Source: Felis catus
Lineage: Eukaryota
Assembly (NCBI RefSeq): GCF_018350175.1
Contig: NC_058383.1
Coordinates: 39,928,001 to 39,992,000, forward strand
Reading direction: 5' to 3'
DNA: 64,000 nucleotides
The notes beneath the pieces are model-generated. The model did not search any database and was not told the origin of the DNA. It saw only the letters and a program-made list of their open reading frames with translations. This document shows positions 52,701-64,000 of this stretch, one piece after another. Position numbers and translations under genes: made by a program. Position 1 is the first letter of the stretch. Every line of letters begins with the position of its first letter.

Positions 52701-53988
52701 AGCCCACACACATCCTCCACTTGGCCTTCTGTCACCCCCTGGGGTCCCCCCAGTTCCCGCTGGAGGGGTGGCAAAGCTGGGCGCCCCCTCACGCCCTGCC
52801 CTCTTCCCTCTGCACGCCCTGGGCCTGGGACCCCCGCCCAGACCCTCCTGTTCCTACAGGGAGTTCGAGGTCGGGGCCGTGCGGCAGGAGCTGGCCTCTC
52901 TGCTGTCCTCTGTTCAGCTGCTCAGGGAGGGCAACCCCGGGCGCAAGATCGCGGAGATCCAGGGCAAGCTGGTCACGGTACCCCTGAGCCCCTGTGCCCA
53001 TCACACTCGGCAGAGGGGCCCCCAGGGAGGCCCCCGAACCAAGACACCCTGAGCGGGGACACCTGTCCAGAGTCCCCAGACGCTGGGCTGGCAGCAATCA
53101 CGGTGACAGGCGCCGGCTGAACCCTGGACTGAGTGACGCGCCCCAGATCCCACATGTCACGGGCCAGCTCCTGCCTGAGTGACGGGGGGACGGTGGTAGG
53201 GGCCAGCCTCAGGCCCGAGGGTTCACCCCGCCCCACAGACGAGGGCCGTGTTTAGTTTCAGAACCAAATAATGAAACTGGAGAACAGCATCCAAGACAAC
53301 AAGACCATCCAGAACCTCAAGTTTAATACAGAAACCAAGCTGGTGAGAGAGGTGGCCCCGCCGTGGACCCTGCCCCCCTCCCCCCTCCCCGGCACAACCT
53401 CTGGCTTTGTGGCCTTCCCCATGTCTGTCCATCTGCGTGTCTGGCCTGAGCGGGGTTTCCCGGTAGATAAGACCCTGGTTTGTCCAGAGGGAGATAAATC
53501 CCGTCTGCTGTCGGGCCCCCTGTGGCCAGATTCCTGCGTTCCCGCGCTGGCCCCTCCTCACGGTGCCCTTGTCCGCAGCGCGCGGAGGAGTTGGCCAGCC
53601 TGCGTGAGAGCGTCGTGCGGCTGTGGAGTGAGGAGGGCCCGTGGGCGCCGACGCTGGGCAGCAGGAGGGTCCTCGGGTCCCTGGTGAGGCAGCGGTTTTT
53701 CATCAAGGACGCGGCCCCCGGAGAGGCGGTCCCCATGAACTGCTGGGGCATGTATCAGGCCGTGAGGTGGGCAGGGAAGCCGCCCTCTGGAGACCCCTCC
53801 AGGTCAGGGTGGTGCCGGGGAGGCCCCGAGGTCAGCAGCCGTGAGCCGCGTCTCCCGGCAGGTGGCTGCAGTGGAAGGCGGTCCTCATGAGCCGGGTGGC
53901 GCAGCGGAGGGCGAGCGCGGTCTCGGAGAGGTCCCTCTGCCAGGAGCCCGCCCGCCCGCTCACGTCCGCGTCCCTTTCCCGGAAATAA
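46727..53988 (+). CDS. CCDC154: Coiled-coil domain-containing protein 154; ORF intact but the expected start codon reads GTG
   Basis: Exons 46727-46733 (inferred), 47081-47300, 47400-47589, 47686-47732, 48011-48106, 48545-48668, 50112-50213, 50293-50421, 50501-50628, 50874-51000, 51083-51220, 52311-52430, 52517-52593, 52860-52977, 53256-53342, 53579-53766, 53862-53988. Total 2025 nt, in frame, GT-AG. Motifs [59 protein letters not shown] and [17 protein letters not shown] match CCDC154. Confidence 0.93.
51236..51408 (+). repeat. Purine-rich GGAGCA(G/C) tandem repeat in CCDC154 intron 11
   Basis: Repeated GGAGCAGGAGCAGGGGG(G)AGCAC and AGAGCAGAGGAGAGCGC units begin 16 nt after the exon 11 donor. 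Confidence 0.85.
51590..51900 (-). mobile_element. Ancient L1ME-like 3'-end fragment
   Basis: CCCCTGGCGACCGCTGATCTG...GCTTGTTCTGGACGTTTCCTATAAATG...TGTGTGACCAGCTTATCT. Confidence 0.55.
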
Positions 53989-53989
53989 A
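53984..53989 (+). terminator. CCDC154 poly(A) signal overlapping its stop codon
   Basis: ...CGG AAA TAA A: the TAA stop (53986-53988) is part of AATAAA. Confidence 0.75.
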
Positions 53990-54684
53990 CGTGCCAGCTC
54001 CTGTTGCTGTCAGAGTCCAGAGTCCCCTCCCCCAGGAGCGCGAGCCCAGTGAGCCCTCCACCCAGGGCTTTCCTGGGCCTTCCTGCCGACGGCCGTGGCG
54101 TCCCGGGGCCCCAGCCACTCACTGCAGGCCTCCTTGAGGGCCAGCTGGCCCGGGTCTGGGGTCCCCTGGGTCACGCCCGCGCGGTGGCCAGCACAGGAAG
54201 CAGCTCCCCCTGCCCCGATCTGGGGAGCGAATGTCGCGTTTGCTCCCACGCTCGGGGAGCGCCCTTTCTTCCCGCCTCCAAGGAGGCCCTCGCTCTTCCC
54301 TCCCACGTGGCTGGCCCTGCCACCTGCCTCGGGGCCTCAAGGAGGGGCAGCCCCAGGACCGGGCGGTGGGCAGGTGGTGGGAACAGCTGCCCTTTGCTGC
54401 CCACCTGGGGCCTCAGGGACGTCTGGGTGGCGAACGGCCTCGCCCAGAGCCAGGCATAGTGTGTAGACCCCCTGAGCACACGACCTCTGAGGGGCTGCGG
54501 CTCCTGCCCGGGGGGCCTCTGCTGGGGGCCGACTCCCTGGGCCTGCCAAGTCCCGACCTGAGCTGGCTCATTCTGCTGGCTGCCACCATGGTTGGGGGGC
54601 CCCAGGGGCTCCTCCGAGAGAGCAGTGACAGTCCAGACGCCTGCTGCTCCGGCCCGCCCCCGACCCCCGACCCCGGCCCACTCG

Positions 54685-55650
<966 letters not shown>

Positions 55651-56569
55651 CTAAGGGGTGTAGAGGTGGCTCTGCTGGGACCGTGGAGATGGGGCAGGTG
55701 GCAGGCGAGGGGAGTGCCAGCCCAGGGGAGCAGAGCCCTGGTCCCAGCATGGAATCGCCCTGGCTCTTGATGGGACAGGCCCGCCGAGGTGGCATCTACC
55801 CAGGTGCTGGCAGGGGGGCCCCCAAGATGCCCACACTGAGCCCGGGAACTGGGCCTGACGGCCTCGGCCAGCCTGCTGGGTCCAGGGCCCAGAGCCCTTA
55901 TGGCTTCGGGGGGCCTCGGGGGCTTAGGGGAGGCTCAGAGCTGGGCGCTGTTTCTCCCATGCTGTCTGATGGGTCCCAAGCTTTCATCTGTCTGCTCCCT
56001 GGCCGGGCACCTGGGGTTTGGCAGGGTCAGCAGGTCAGCGGGAGGCAGGGAAGGTGTGGGGTGGGAGTTTGAGGAGGTGGGGGGGGGGCAGGTGCTGGCC
56101 CTCCCTGGCCTGATGCCAAAGGGGGTCGACTCTGAGCTTTGGAGCGGTCACCCCCCGGGGGGTGGTGCCCTCGCAGCGGGCAGGCAGGTGGTGAGCCCTT
56201 TTGCCTCCTGGCAAAGCACAGAAAGGGAGGGTGACGTGGGGAGAGGGAGAAGGGGGTCCCCGGGTGGTCAGAACCCTCACCCCAGGGAGGCTGGGTGTCA
56301 CTCAGGGTCAGGCCGGCCTGGGGAGGGCAGGGGCCATGCTGTGCTGTGGCTCCTCCCTGCCAGGGGTCCCGTGGCCCCAGCTTGGGCCCCTTGGGCTCCT
56401 CCTCCTTCAGCCGCACCCCTGTGCCTCAGCGCCGCCCTCCCCCACCCCCAACCGACCTCCATGGCCCCTGGTGGGTGGTCCCCACAGCCCACTTGGCGGG
56501 AAGGGCCCGCAGCCTTCCCGGGGAGGGGGGGGAGGCCGCATCCCGCCGGCCACCCGGTGGGGCTCCTAC

Positions 56570-56960
56570 CTGGAGGCCTGCAGCTCCCGCGGGGCGGGCC
56601 CGCCTCCACCTGGGCTCCAGCATTTATAGCTGCGCTCCGAGGCCGGCCGGGCTGGCAAATATTTGGCGACTGCATTGTCATCGCAGACTGGGCAAATAGA
56701 GCCCGTTTGCTTTAGCGCCCGGCAACCAGGGCCCCGCGGGGGGAGCCTCAACCTGCCCGGGGACCGTGGAGTGTTTGCCGCAGGCCCAGCTGGCTCACAC
56801 CCGGGGCCGAGGGCCCTTATCTCCGCCACCGACTGGGACCCGGACCAAGCTTTGTCAAATAGGCGGAAAATTAAATTTCATGCTATTTTGACTTCTGGAG
56901 TAGCCCTTCTCCAGCGCACATCCTGCCCGGGCAGTTCTCTGGGTAAATGGTGCTGCAGGC
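56570..56960 (-). promoter_or_regulatory. PERCC1 promoter and short non-coding exon 1 with a FOXA/GATA/E-box cluster (probable orthologue of the intestine-critical region)
   Basis: Minus-strand TATAAAT at 56628-56622 and donor CAG|GTAGGA at 56570/56569. Palindrome CAAATATTTG at 56656-56665, GCAAATA at 56692-56698, TGTTTGC at 56772-56778, CAGCTG at 56787-56792, CTTATCT (GATA) at 56816-56822. Confidence 0.7.
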
Positions 56961-57504
56961 CGGCAGAGGAAGCTGCGGGACCACCAGCCCCCGTGGTGGC
57001 CTCATGCGGGGGCCCCCCTGGAACCCCCACTCAGCCCCCTCTAACCGCCAGGCCTTGCTGGCCCTGTGAACAGTCTCAACCCTCCCCCAGCAGGACCCCC
57101 GGGGGCCCCACATCCCGGCCCCCTCCCCCGGCTCCTATGTCCCACAGCTGCAGGCGTGTCCCTGCCCCACCCCCGACACAGGGCTTCACCCCCAGGGTCC
57201 AAGCTGAGATGACCACTCTTTCCCTGGTGCCAAGCTTTTTTCTGGGGGGGCTTGGCGCCCACCCCACCGCACCCCCACCGTGGAGCGTGCTCCTCCCCTC
57301 GGGTTACACCATCAGCAGGCCCCCAGGGGGACTGCGCGTGGTGCTGCCCGAGTGTCCGGGGGCCCCCCCCCCGTAGTCAGTCACCCAAACTGCGGGTGTT
57401 GTCCAGGTGGGAACCCGTGCCACGCTTCTCCCCCACCGTCTGCTGCGACGCTCCTTGGCGGTGACTGAGTCCCGGCAGCCTCTGCCGCCATCCACACAGG
57501 GCCA

Positions 57505-57650
57505 CGTCCCAGTTCCTCTCTTACGAGGATGCTCATCGTTGGATTCGGGGGCCGCTGGGCTGCAGTCGGACCGCATATTCGTAACATCTGCAAAGACCCC
57601 ATTTCCACGTAAGGTTCCATTCCGAGGTTCCGGTGGACCAGAGGCGGCTT
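57505..57650 (-). mobile_element. MLT1 LTR fragment
   Basis: TCCTCTCTTACGAGGATGC...GTAACATCTGCAAAGACCCCATTTCCACGTAAGGTTCCATTCCGAGGTTCCGG. Confidence 0.7.
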
Positions 57651-58779
57651 CTGCCGGGGGCTTTGCTCCCCTGGAGCACCCCCCACACTGCCTGCTGGGA
57701 GGACTCCAGGGTCCCGTCCGCCACGGCTCAAAGCCACCACTGCTTGTGGGCCAGCCAGGTTCTGAGCACAGGACAGCGGCCCCCTCCCACCCCGGCATGC
57801 CCCTGGCCCCTAATGTCCCTTCCAGCTCCCTGGGAGGGTCACGATGCCCTCCCGTCCTCCCCGGGCCCTTGGCCTCCACTCCAGGCTCCGTTCCTTTCAG
57901 GCAGGGGACAGCCCCCGTCCCACCCAGTGGCACCCCGTTACACACGTGCCCCGTTACAGACCCAGGCCTTTCCTGCAAGTGGGGGCCGTGGGTGATTGCT
58001 GCCGGTCACTTCTCGAGCACCTGGAGGGCCCAATGCAGGATCCCCTGGTCAGAACCTGCAGCTCTGGGGGACTCAGGGAAATGAAGCCATCCCCCCAGGC
58101 CAGGCCGGTGACTTGGCAGGGGCAGACCTACGGAGCTGCCATCATCCCGCAAGCAGGTGGTTCACGGGAGGGCCCCTACGCGTGCCAGGGGAAGGCTACA
58201 GGCCTCCCTATGGCCTGTGTTCACTGACCGGGGTGAAGCCAGGCCCTGGGCGGTCTGTGTCGTGAGTCCAGTCTAGGTTTGGACCTCAGTCTGCTGTGGG
58301 GTGGCCCAGCACAGTCCAGCAGCAGCCCTCTGGGACAGCCCAGGACCCCAGGGAGGGGCTCACCAGGTGTCCAGACTGGAGCCGCAGTGTCCCCTGCAGC
58401 TCGTCGGGAAGGACTGGGGCCCGGGCCCGGGAAGGGGGTCAGCTGGTGCCGGCACCCACCGCACTCAGTTGACCAAGGTGGGCCCCGGGGACCCGAGGGG
58501 AGTGCCGTCTGGGTGGAGCCTCCAGTCCTCATGGGCGCCCTGTCCCAGGCTCTGAGCAAGGTGAGGCGTGGCCCTGCCCTCGAGGAAGTCCCAGCCCTTG
58601 TGACCAGAGGAGGGGCTTCACGAAGGAGGCCAATTGCTTGGCACCGATGGGACCACAGCTCACTCGGCCTATCCATGGGAAGTGCAGGGGATCCAGCAGA
58701 GAGGAGAGCCTGGAAAGGCCCAGGCCACAGGGAGCTGGCACCCCCATGGTTGGCTGGCCCCACGGACAGCCCCGCCGTC

Positions 58780-59010
58780 ATCCCCGGGGTACCGTGGGCA
58801 TGTCACTCCACATGGCAAAGGGACCCTGCAGACGTGATTGTGGATGATCCTGTGGGTCCAGGGTCATCGCGGAGGCCCTACAAGAGAGGAAGCTCAGGGC
58901 TGGAAGGGGAGACGTGACCACAGAAGCAGGGTCACTGCCGGCTTTGAAGGTGGACCGTAGGGGCCTCGAATCCGGGAAACGCAAGCAAACGGCTCTCCCC
59001 TGCAGGCACC
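58780..59010 (+). mobile_element. MLT1D-like LTR fragment
   Basis: CACATGGCAAAGGGACCCTGCAGACGTGATT...CCCTACAAGAGAGG...GCTTTGAAGGTGGA. Confidence 0.65.
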
Positions 59011-60834
59011 TGGATTGGGGGCCGTTTTGGACTTGCGACCCCCAGGACAGCACACCAGTCACCAGCGCTGTTCTGAGCCCCTCTGCCTGGGCTCAGCAAC
59101 CACGGGACGCTCACGGCCGGAAGCATGGGCTGGAAAGTGGGGTTGGGTGTTGTGCAGGGCCTCCTGGCGGGCAGCGGAGCTGGGCCCTTCCTCCCGGCCG
59201 CAGGAGGCCCAGGCCGCCTGGGCCCTCAGCCATGCCCTCTGTGGCCGGAACAATCTCAGTGTGCGGACGGGCCCATGATGGTCACCACCCCCCCCCCCCC
59301 CCAGAGCCCACTCCTTCCTGATGGCCCTGTTTCCCTCCACCCCACAGGCCTACTTCTGCATCCTGGCCTCTGGCGCAGGCCCCTGGTCAGTGGAGCTGGG
59401 GCTTTGACGGAGGCTTCGGGTCCTGCAGGGGGCCTGGCGAGGGGATGTCCACTAATGCCAGCCGTGGAAGACAGTCCACAATCAGCCAGCCCCGTCTTTC
59501 TCTGCTGGCATTATCTCATTGCTCTATTTCTGCTTGACCAGAGACCACGGAGGACCCCTAGCCTAAGAGGGAGAATTTTAGAGCAGGGGAGACACCGGAG
59601 CAGTTAAAGGTTTGGGACGAGGAACCTGGGCAGCACAGCATGGGGCGGGCATCTGGGCCGGAGGCTGGAGTGCAGGGAGGGCGCAGCTGCGCTAGTCCCA
59701 GCAATCGATGCTAGGGCCCCACAAAGCACAGCCTGAGGGGGTGAAGGTGTGGGACAGGCGTGAGGGGTTTAAGAAGCAGATCTGAGGTCTTAGTAGGGGT
59801 GTCCGTGAATTAGCCACACCCTTGCTGCTCCCGAGTCTGAGCCACGGTCAAGATGAACCCAGGAGTCCGCGAGTGGAGGCTGAACTCCAGCTTTTGTTAC
59901 TGGCAAGGCTGGGTTGGGGCGCGACAGTCTGGGGGGACCCTGGCCTGGGTCAGTGGACGCACTTTCCCAGAATCACTGCCCACATATGTCTACCCTGGTG
60001 TTGGGTGGCCAGGGCCAGGCCGAGTGGCGTGGGGGGTCGCAAGCCCACTGGGACCCCTGCCCACTGGGCTGCCCACTGGGACCCCTGGAGTGGGGCCGGG
60101 GACTGATGTGCTCAGGCTGCCGGGCTTGGACCCCAGCACGTGTCCCAGCACCTGCTCCCCGCCGGCCCCGCTGTGGGCAGCATCAGGCCTTACAGACCTC
60201 TGTGCCCCCGCTGCCCCCGTGGTCAGGCCTCGGTCCCCAGGGGAAAGGCCCCGCTCTTCCTAAGGCGTGGGTCTGCCTGCCCCCACGCGCCTCATATAGA
60301 TCGTCCTGGCGAAAATCAATAACCCCAATATGTCAGCTCGCCGGCGGCCTCCGGTGAACCAGTCTTGTCCTCAGGCCCACGAGGGCTGGGCCTCCCCGCC
60401 CATTAGTGGGACATTAGGCCCCAGAGAGGTTTCTCTGTGTGCTTTGAGATAATGAAGGCCCAGGTGTTGGTGTACGCTCTGACGGGGGAGGGGGGGCTCG
60501 AACCCGAGCAGGCAGCGCCGGCACCCGGCCTGGCGTGTCCGGGTCATGGAGGAGAGGGCTCCAGACACACCGGGGCCCCCCAGACCCATCCGGTTGTGGC
60601 TCCACCGCGTCGGAGGGTCAAGGAGATCGCAGCATCTGGGGCCGTCGCTGCCCTCCAGCCACAGGCCACCGGGGCACACGGGTCGTTGAACAAGGCGGGC
60701 GTAAGCGGGAGTCAGGCCCACCGCGGGACGTGGTGTCTCGGTAGGAGCACGTTGGCAGGGGCTGTGTGGGCCGAGGGGCTCTGCTCTGGGTCCGGAAGCA
60801 GGGTGACAGTGGCCGCGCTGTCTCCCGGGGGGCC

Positions 60835-61245
60835 ACCCCACAGAGCGCCACAAACCGGGTGGCCCAAGACACAGAAACCCCTCCTCTCGCAGTCTGGAGG
60901 CCAGAGTCTGAAGGGAAGGTGTCGGCAGGGCCGGCCCCTCGGACGGGCCCCGGGGAGAGCCAGTCCCAGGCCTCTCTCTCGGCTTCTGGTGTTGCTGGCG
61001 ACCCTCGGTGCTCGTTGGCTTGGGGCCGCGTCGCTCCAGTCTCTGCCTGCCTTTTGCGTGGCCTCCCTCGTGTTTCTCTGTGTCTTTTCTCCTTTCCTCA
61101 GGGGGCACCGGTCCTTGGATGTAGGCCCCCCCAATCCAGGATGCTGTCATCTTAACTACATCTGCAAAGACCCCATTTCCAAATAAAGTCCTTGCTGGAG
61201 ATCCAGGCGAATGTGAATTTGGGGGGACGTGGTTCAGCCCAGGAG
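60835..61245 (-). mobile_element. Near full-length MLT1B/C LTR
   Basis: CCACAAACCGGGTGGCC...CAGTCTGGAGGCCAGAGTCTGAA...CTTAACTACATCTGCAAAGACCCCATTTCCAAATAAAGTC. Confidence 0.8.
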
Positions 61246-61517
61246 GGCAACCTAATACATCTTCCCCAGAAGGAGGCAGCTGAGGCCCAGCCACAGCTGG
61301 AAAAGGACAAGGTCCGACCCACCCGCCGGGACAGGGGGACGTGTTTGAGTGTCCAGATGTGATTGCGGAAGGGTCCTATCTTGTCATGAGCCACCGTGGT
61401 TCTGGAGTGACCGGAGCCAGTGTTATCCCCTGAAATTGCTTATGTCCACCAGGAGACCCACCCTGTGAGCACAAGGCCGGCTCCCCGAGATCAGGGGCTT
61501 CTGTCCTCTTAAGACTT

Positions 61518-61707
61518 GGGGCGCCCGGGTGGCTCCGTCGGTTAAGCATTTGACTTCAGCTCCTGACCTGTGAGTTCCAACCCCGCGTCGGGCTCTGTGC
61601 TGACAGCTCGGAGCCCGGAGCCTGTTTCGGATTCTGTGTCTCCCTCTCTCTCTGCCCCGCCCCCACTCACACTCTTGCTCTCTCAAAAATAAACATTAAA
61701 ACAAAGA
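61518..61707 (+). mobile_element. Can-SINE
   Basis: GGGGCGCCCGGGTGGCTCCGTCGGTTAAGC...AAATAAACATTAAA, with AAGACT on both flanks. Confidence 0.9.
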
Positions 61708-62507
61708 AAGACTCTACAGGAACTATGTCTTTTGCATAGTGCTTTCACCTACAAAGGACACCGAGTGGCAGTAGGAAGAGGAGAAAGAGGAGGGGTCGTC
61801 TGGACACTCTGATTTGCTCATTCTTCATTGTGAGCAGGCACTCCCCCCCGCCCCAGACCCCAGCCTCGAATGCCCCTCAGAACCCGGTGGCAGTAAGGGT
61901 GACCCCACTGCCTCAGGGCTGCAGGATGGAAGCGTGTTTCCAGGCCACCCCCTTATCAATTGTAGCTGTCCCAAGACCAGCCACAGACTCCCCAGGCACG
62001 GGACCAGTCCTCACAGCGGCCCGAGAAGGGCACGTGACACCCGTTTTACAAGTGAGGCTCGAGTGCTGAGGTCACCTGTCCAAGCTGTCTTGTTTTGTCA
62101 CCCATCCAGGGCAGTTACCGAGACTGAGATGGGATTCGTGGCCCCCTGGAGGCTGCCTTGACCCGGAGTGACGACCCAGCCCCTACCCCCCTCTCTCAGC
62201 TCTGCGCTCACTCTGCTGTCCCAGGCTAGCTTGTGCCCAGTGCCCTCGGCGTCCCCAACAGGTGGCTGCATCAGCCTCAGTCAGCAGTTCCACCCCTAAC
62301 CTCAGAGCTCCTTGAGCTCCGCGTCCACCAGGAAGACCTCCAGGCGGCACATGAGGGTGATTCTGGCCCATCCTGTGGACCACAGCAGACTCCTGGGGGT
62401 CCCTGGGGGTGAGTTAGTTTGGCAGCGATTTGGAGTGGGGTCCTGTGGTTGGCCAGAGGAAAAGCTCTCTAAAGTCATGATCTAGAAGGGAAGCCACTTT
62501 AGATTTC

Positions 62508-62509
62508 TT

Positions 62510-62552
<43 letters not shown>

Positions 62553-62729
62553 GAAAAAAATTTTCTTGAGAGAAAGGCAGAGACAGAGGAAGAGACAGAA
62601 TCCCAAGCAGGAATCCACACTGTCAGCACAGAGCCCGATGCTGGGCTCGAACTCCCGAACCATGAGATCATGACCTGAGCCTAAATCAAGGATCAGATGC
62701 TCAACCGACTGAGCCCCCCAGGCACCCCC
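62508..62729 (-). mobile_element. Can-SINE with (TTTA)n tail
   Basis: The reverse SINE is flanked by TAGATTTCT on both sides. Confidence 0.88.
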
Positions 62730-62739
62730 ATGCTAGATT

Positions 62740-63085
62740 TCTAAATCGGCATGACCGTACACGCACTTTGCTTAGACCAAAAGCCTCATTTACAGTCCCC
62801 CGTGCGTGCATCATACACCCATCTTGCGAACGGCGGCCTAAAGGGAAACATCTTGTCCTTGAGATACCATCAACGCCACTTGATGATAAAATTCATGTTG
62901 CTGCCTATATGCTGATTTATAATCTTCTGAGCTTTCACAAGATGTAAAAAAAAAAAAGTCTAAAAACAATTCATTCTCCAGAACACTCTCTTCCCCATGA
63001 AGATCGCATTTCCTGGGCAGCTGTCCTAACTTGGGTTGGAATAAAACTCTCTGTTTTCTATTTATACTAGCGTGTTCTCTCTGGT
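62740..63085 (+). mobile_element. Probable ERV1-type LTR fragment (family not assigned)
   Basis: AT-rich island in GC-rich DNA ending GGGCAGCTGTCCTAACTTGGGTTGGAATAAAACTCTCTG, an LTR R/U5-like arrangement. Confidence 0.45.
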
Positions 63086-63579
63086 GAATTCGCATGGGCA
63101 GGGTGGAACAGGTGGGGTGGGGCCCAGTGAGGAGGACCCGGGCACACAGGTGCCTCTGTTGACACAGGCACCTCTCAACAGTCTAGCCTGGGCCCTGAGC
63201 TGCCGCGGGGCATCGGAGCTGGGCTTCCCCGGGTGGGGAGGACTCCCAGATGTTGTTGAGCTGGGAACACCTCCAGCCTGCCGCTCTCGCCCTAATGTCT
63301 GGAGAGTGCCTGGTGGGGCGGGGAGCGGGGCCACTGGTCCCGGAGTCTGGTGTTTCTCCAGGAAGCAGGTGCAGGAGAGGGACGCTCCAGAGGGGAAGAA
63401 GCTGAATGAGGCAGGTAGCACATCACAGCTCACAAGGTGGCCTCACGATCTGATACTGTCACCAAGACACCCCCCCCCCCCCACACACACACACGTCCCC
63501 ACAAGATGATGCCTGGACACTCCATGTAGTCTTCTCACAACACCAAGGCCAGTCTGCCTGGAGGACAAAAGCTACCGTG

Positions 63580-64000
63580 GCTTCGCTATGAAGCCAGGTG
63601 GGGGAACCGCGTGGGGCAGGGAGCCCCGGGACAGCCCGAAGGACAGGAAGGTGCCGCGGGAGTCCTCCGAAGCCTCGGTCCCCGACAGCGGCCCTGGCCC
63701 GGAGCGCGGAGACCGGCCGCGCGGTGAGCGCCCAGGGTCGTGCCCTGCGGCTGAGGGACCATCGCCAGGAGGCCGAGAGCGACGATCTCGCCCCAGCCCC
63801 GCCGACGCCCAGGCACCGGACAGCTCTTTCCTCTTCTGGCTGGGGGAGAACTACATTTCCCGGCATGCCCGTGCGGCCTGGCTTGCGTCAGCCGGCTGCG
63901 ACGGAAAAGGCCGCCGGAGAAGGCGGGTCACTTCCGTTGCGCGAGCGGGCCCACGTTCTGTAGTCGTGAGCGGAGGCTCCAACGGCTACCGGTTTCCGGT
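63580..64000 (+). promoter_or_regulatory. CpG-island promoter of the next gene (by synteny probably UQCC4/C16orf91); no coding sequence in the window
   Basis: Dense CpG. ZNF143/THAP11 motif ACTACATTTCCCGGCATGC at 63850-63868; ETS-like CACTTCCG near 63929 and TTCCGG at the window end. Confidence 0.7.

Noticed and set aside
60371-61294. 307-aa minus-strand ORF
   Set aside because: It largely translates an MLT1 LTR; no coding signature.

Overview
GC- and CpG-rich mammalian genomic DNA from a carnivore, most likely a felid, judged from the abundant Can-SINEs of the SINEC_Fc type. It is syntenic with human 16p13.3. Gene order: TELO2 (- strand, coding exons 2-13, truncated by the window start), PTX4 (+, 3 exons, 482 aa), CLCN7 (+, 25 exons, 809 aa), CCDC154 (+, 17 exons, about 674 aa), PERCC1 (-, single coding exon, 254 aa) with its FOXA/GATA-rich upstream element, and a CpG-island promoter at the right edge (by synteny probably UQCC4/C16orf91). 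All exon boundaries were read by hand and checked for frame continuity. Comparisons with human, rodent and repeat consensus sequences come from my memory, not from a database search. I found no new biological system. The most notable observations are: (1) a minor-spliceosome (U12) intron in CLCN7 whose orthologous 3' end is CG rather than AG; (2) an otherwise intact CCDC154 whose expected ATG reads GTG, with an in-frame CTG in a perfect Kozak context 63 nt upstream; (3) a palindromic FOXA site cluster at the PERCC1 promoter; (4) an inverted pair of MLT1 LTRs that look homogenised; (5) ancient L1 fossils strongly shifted toward GC.
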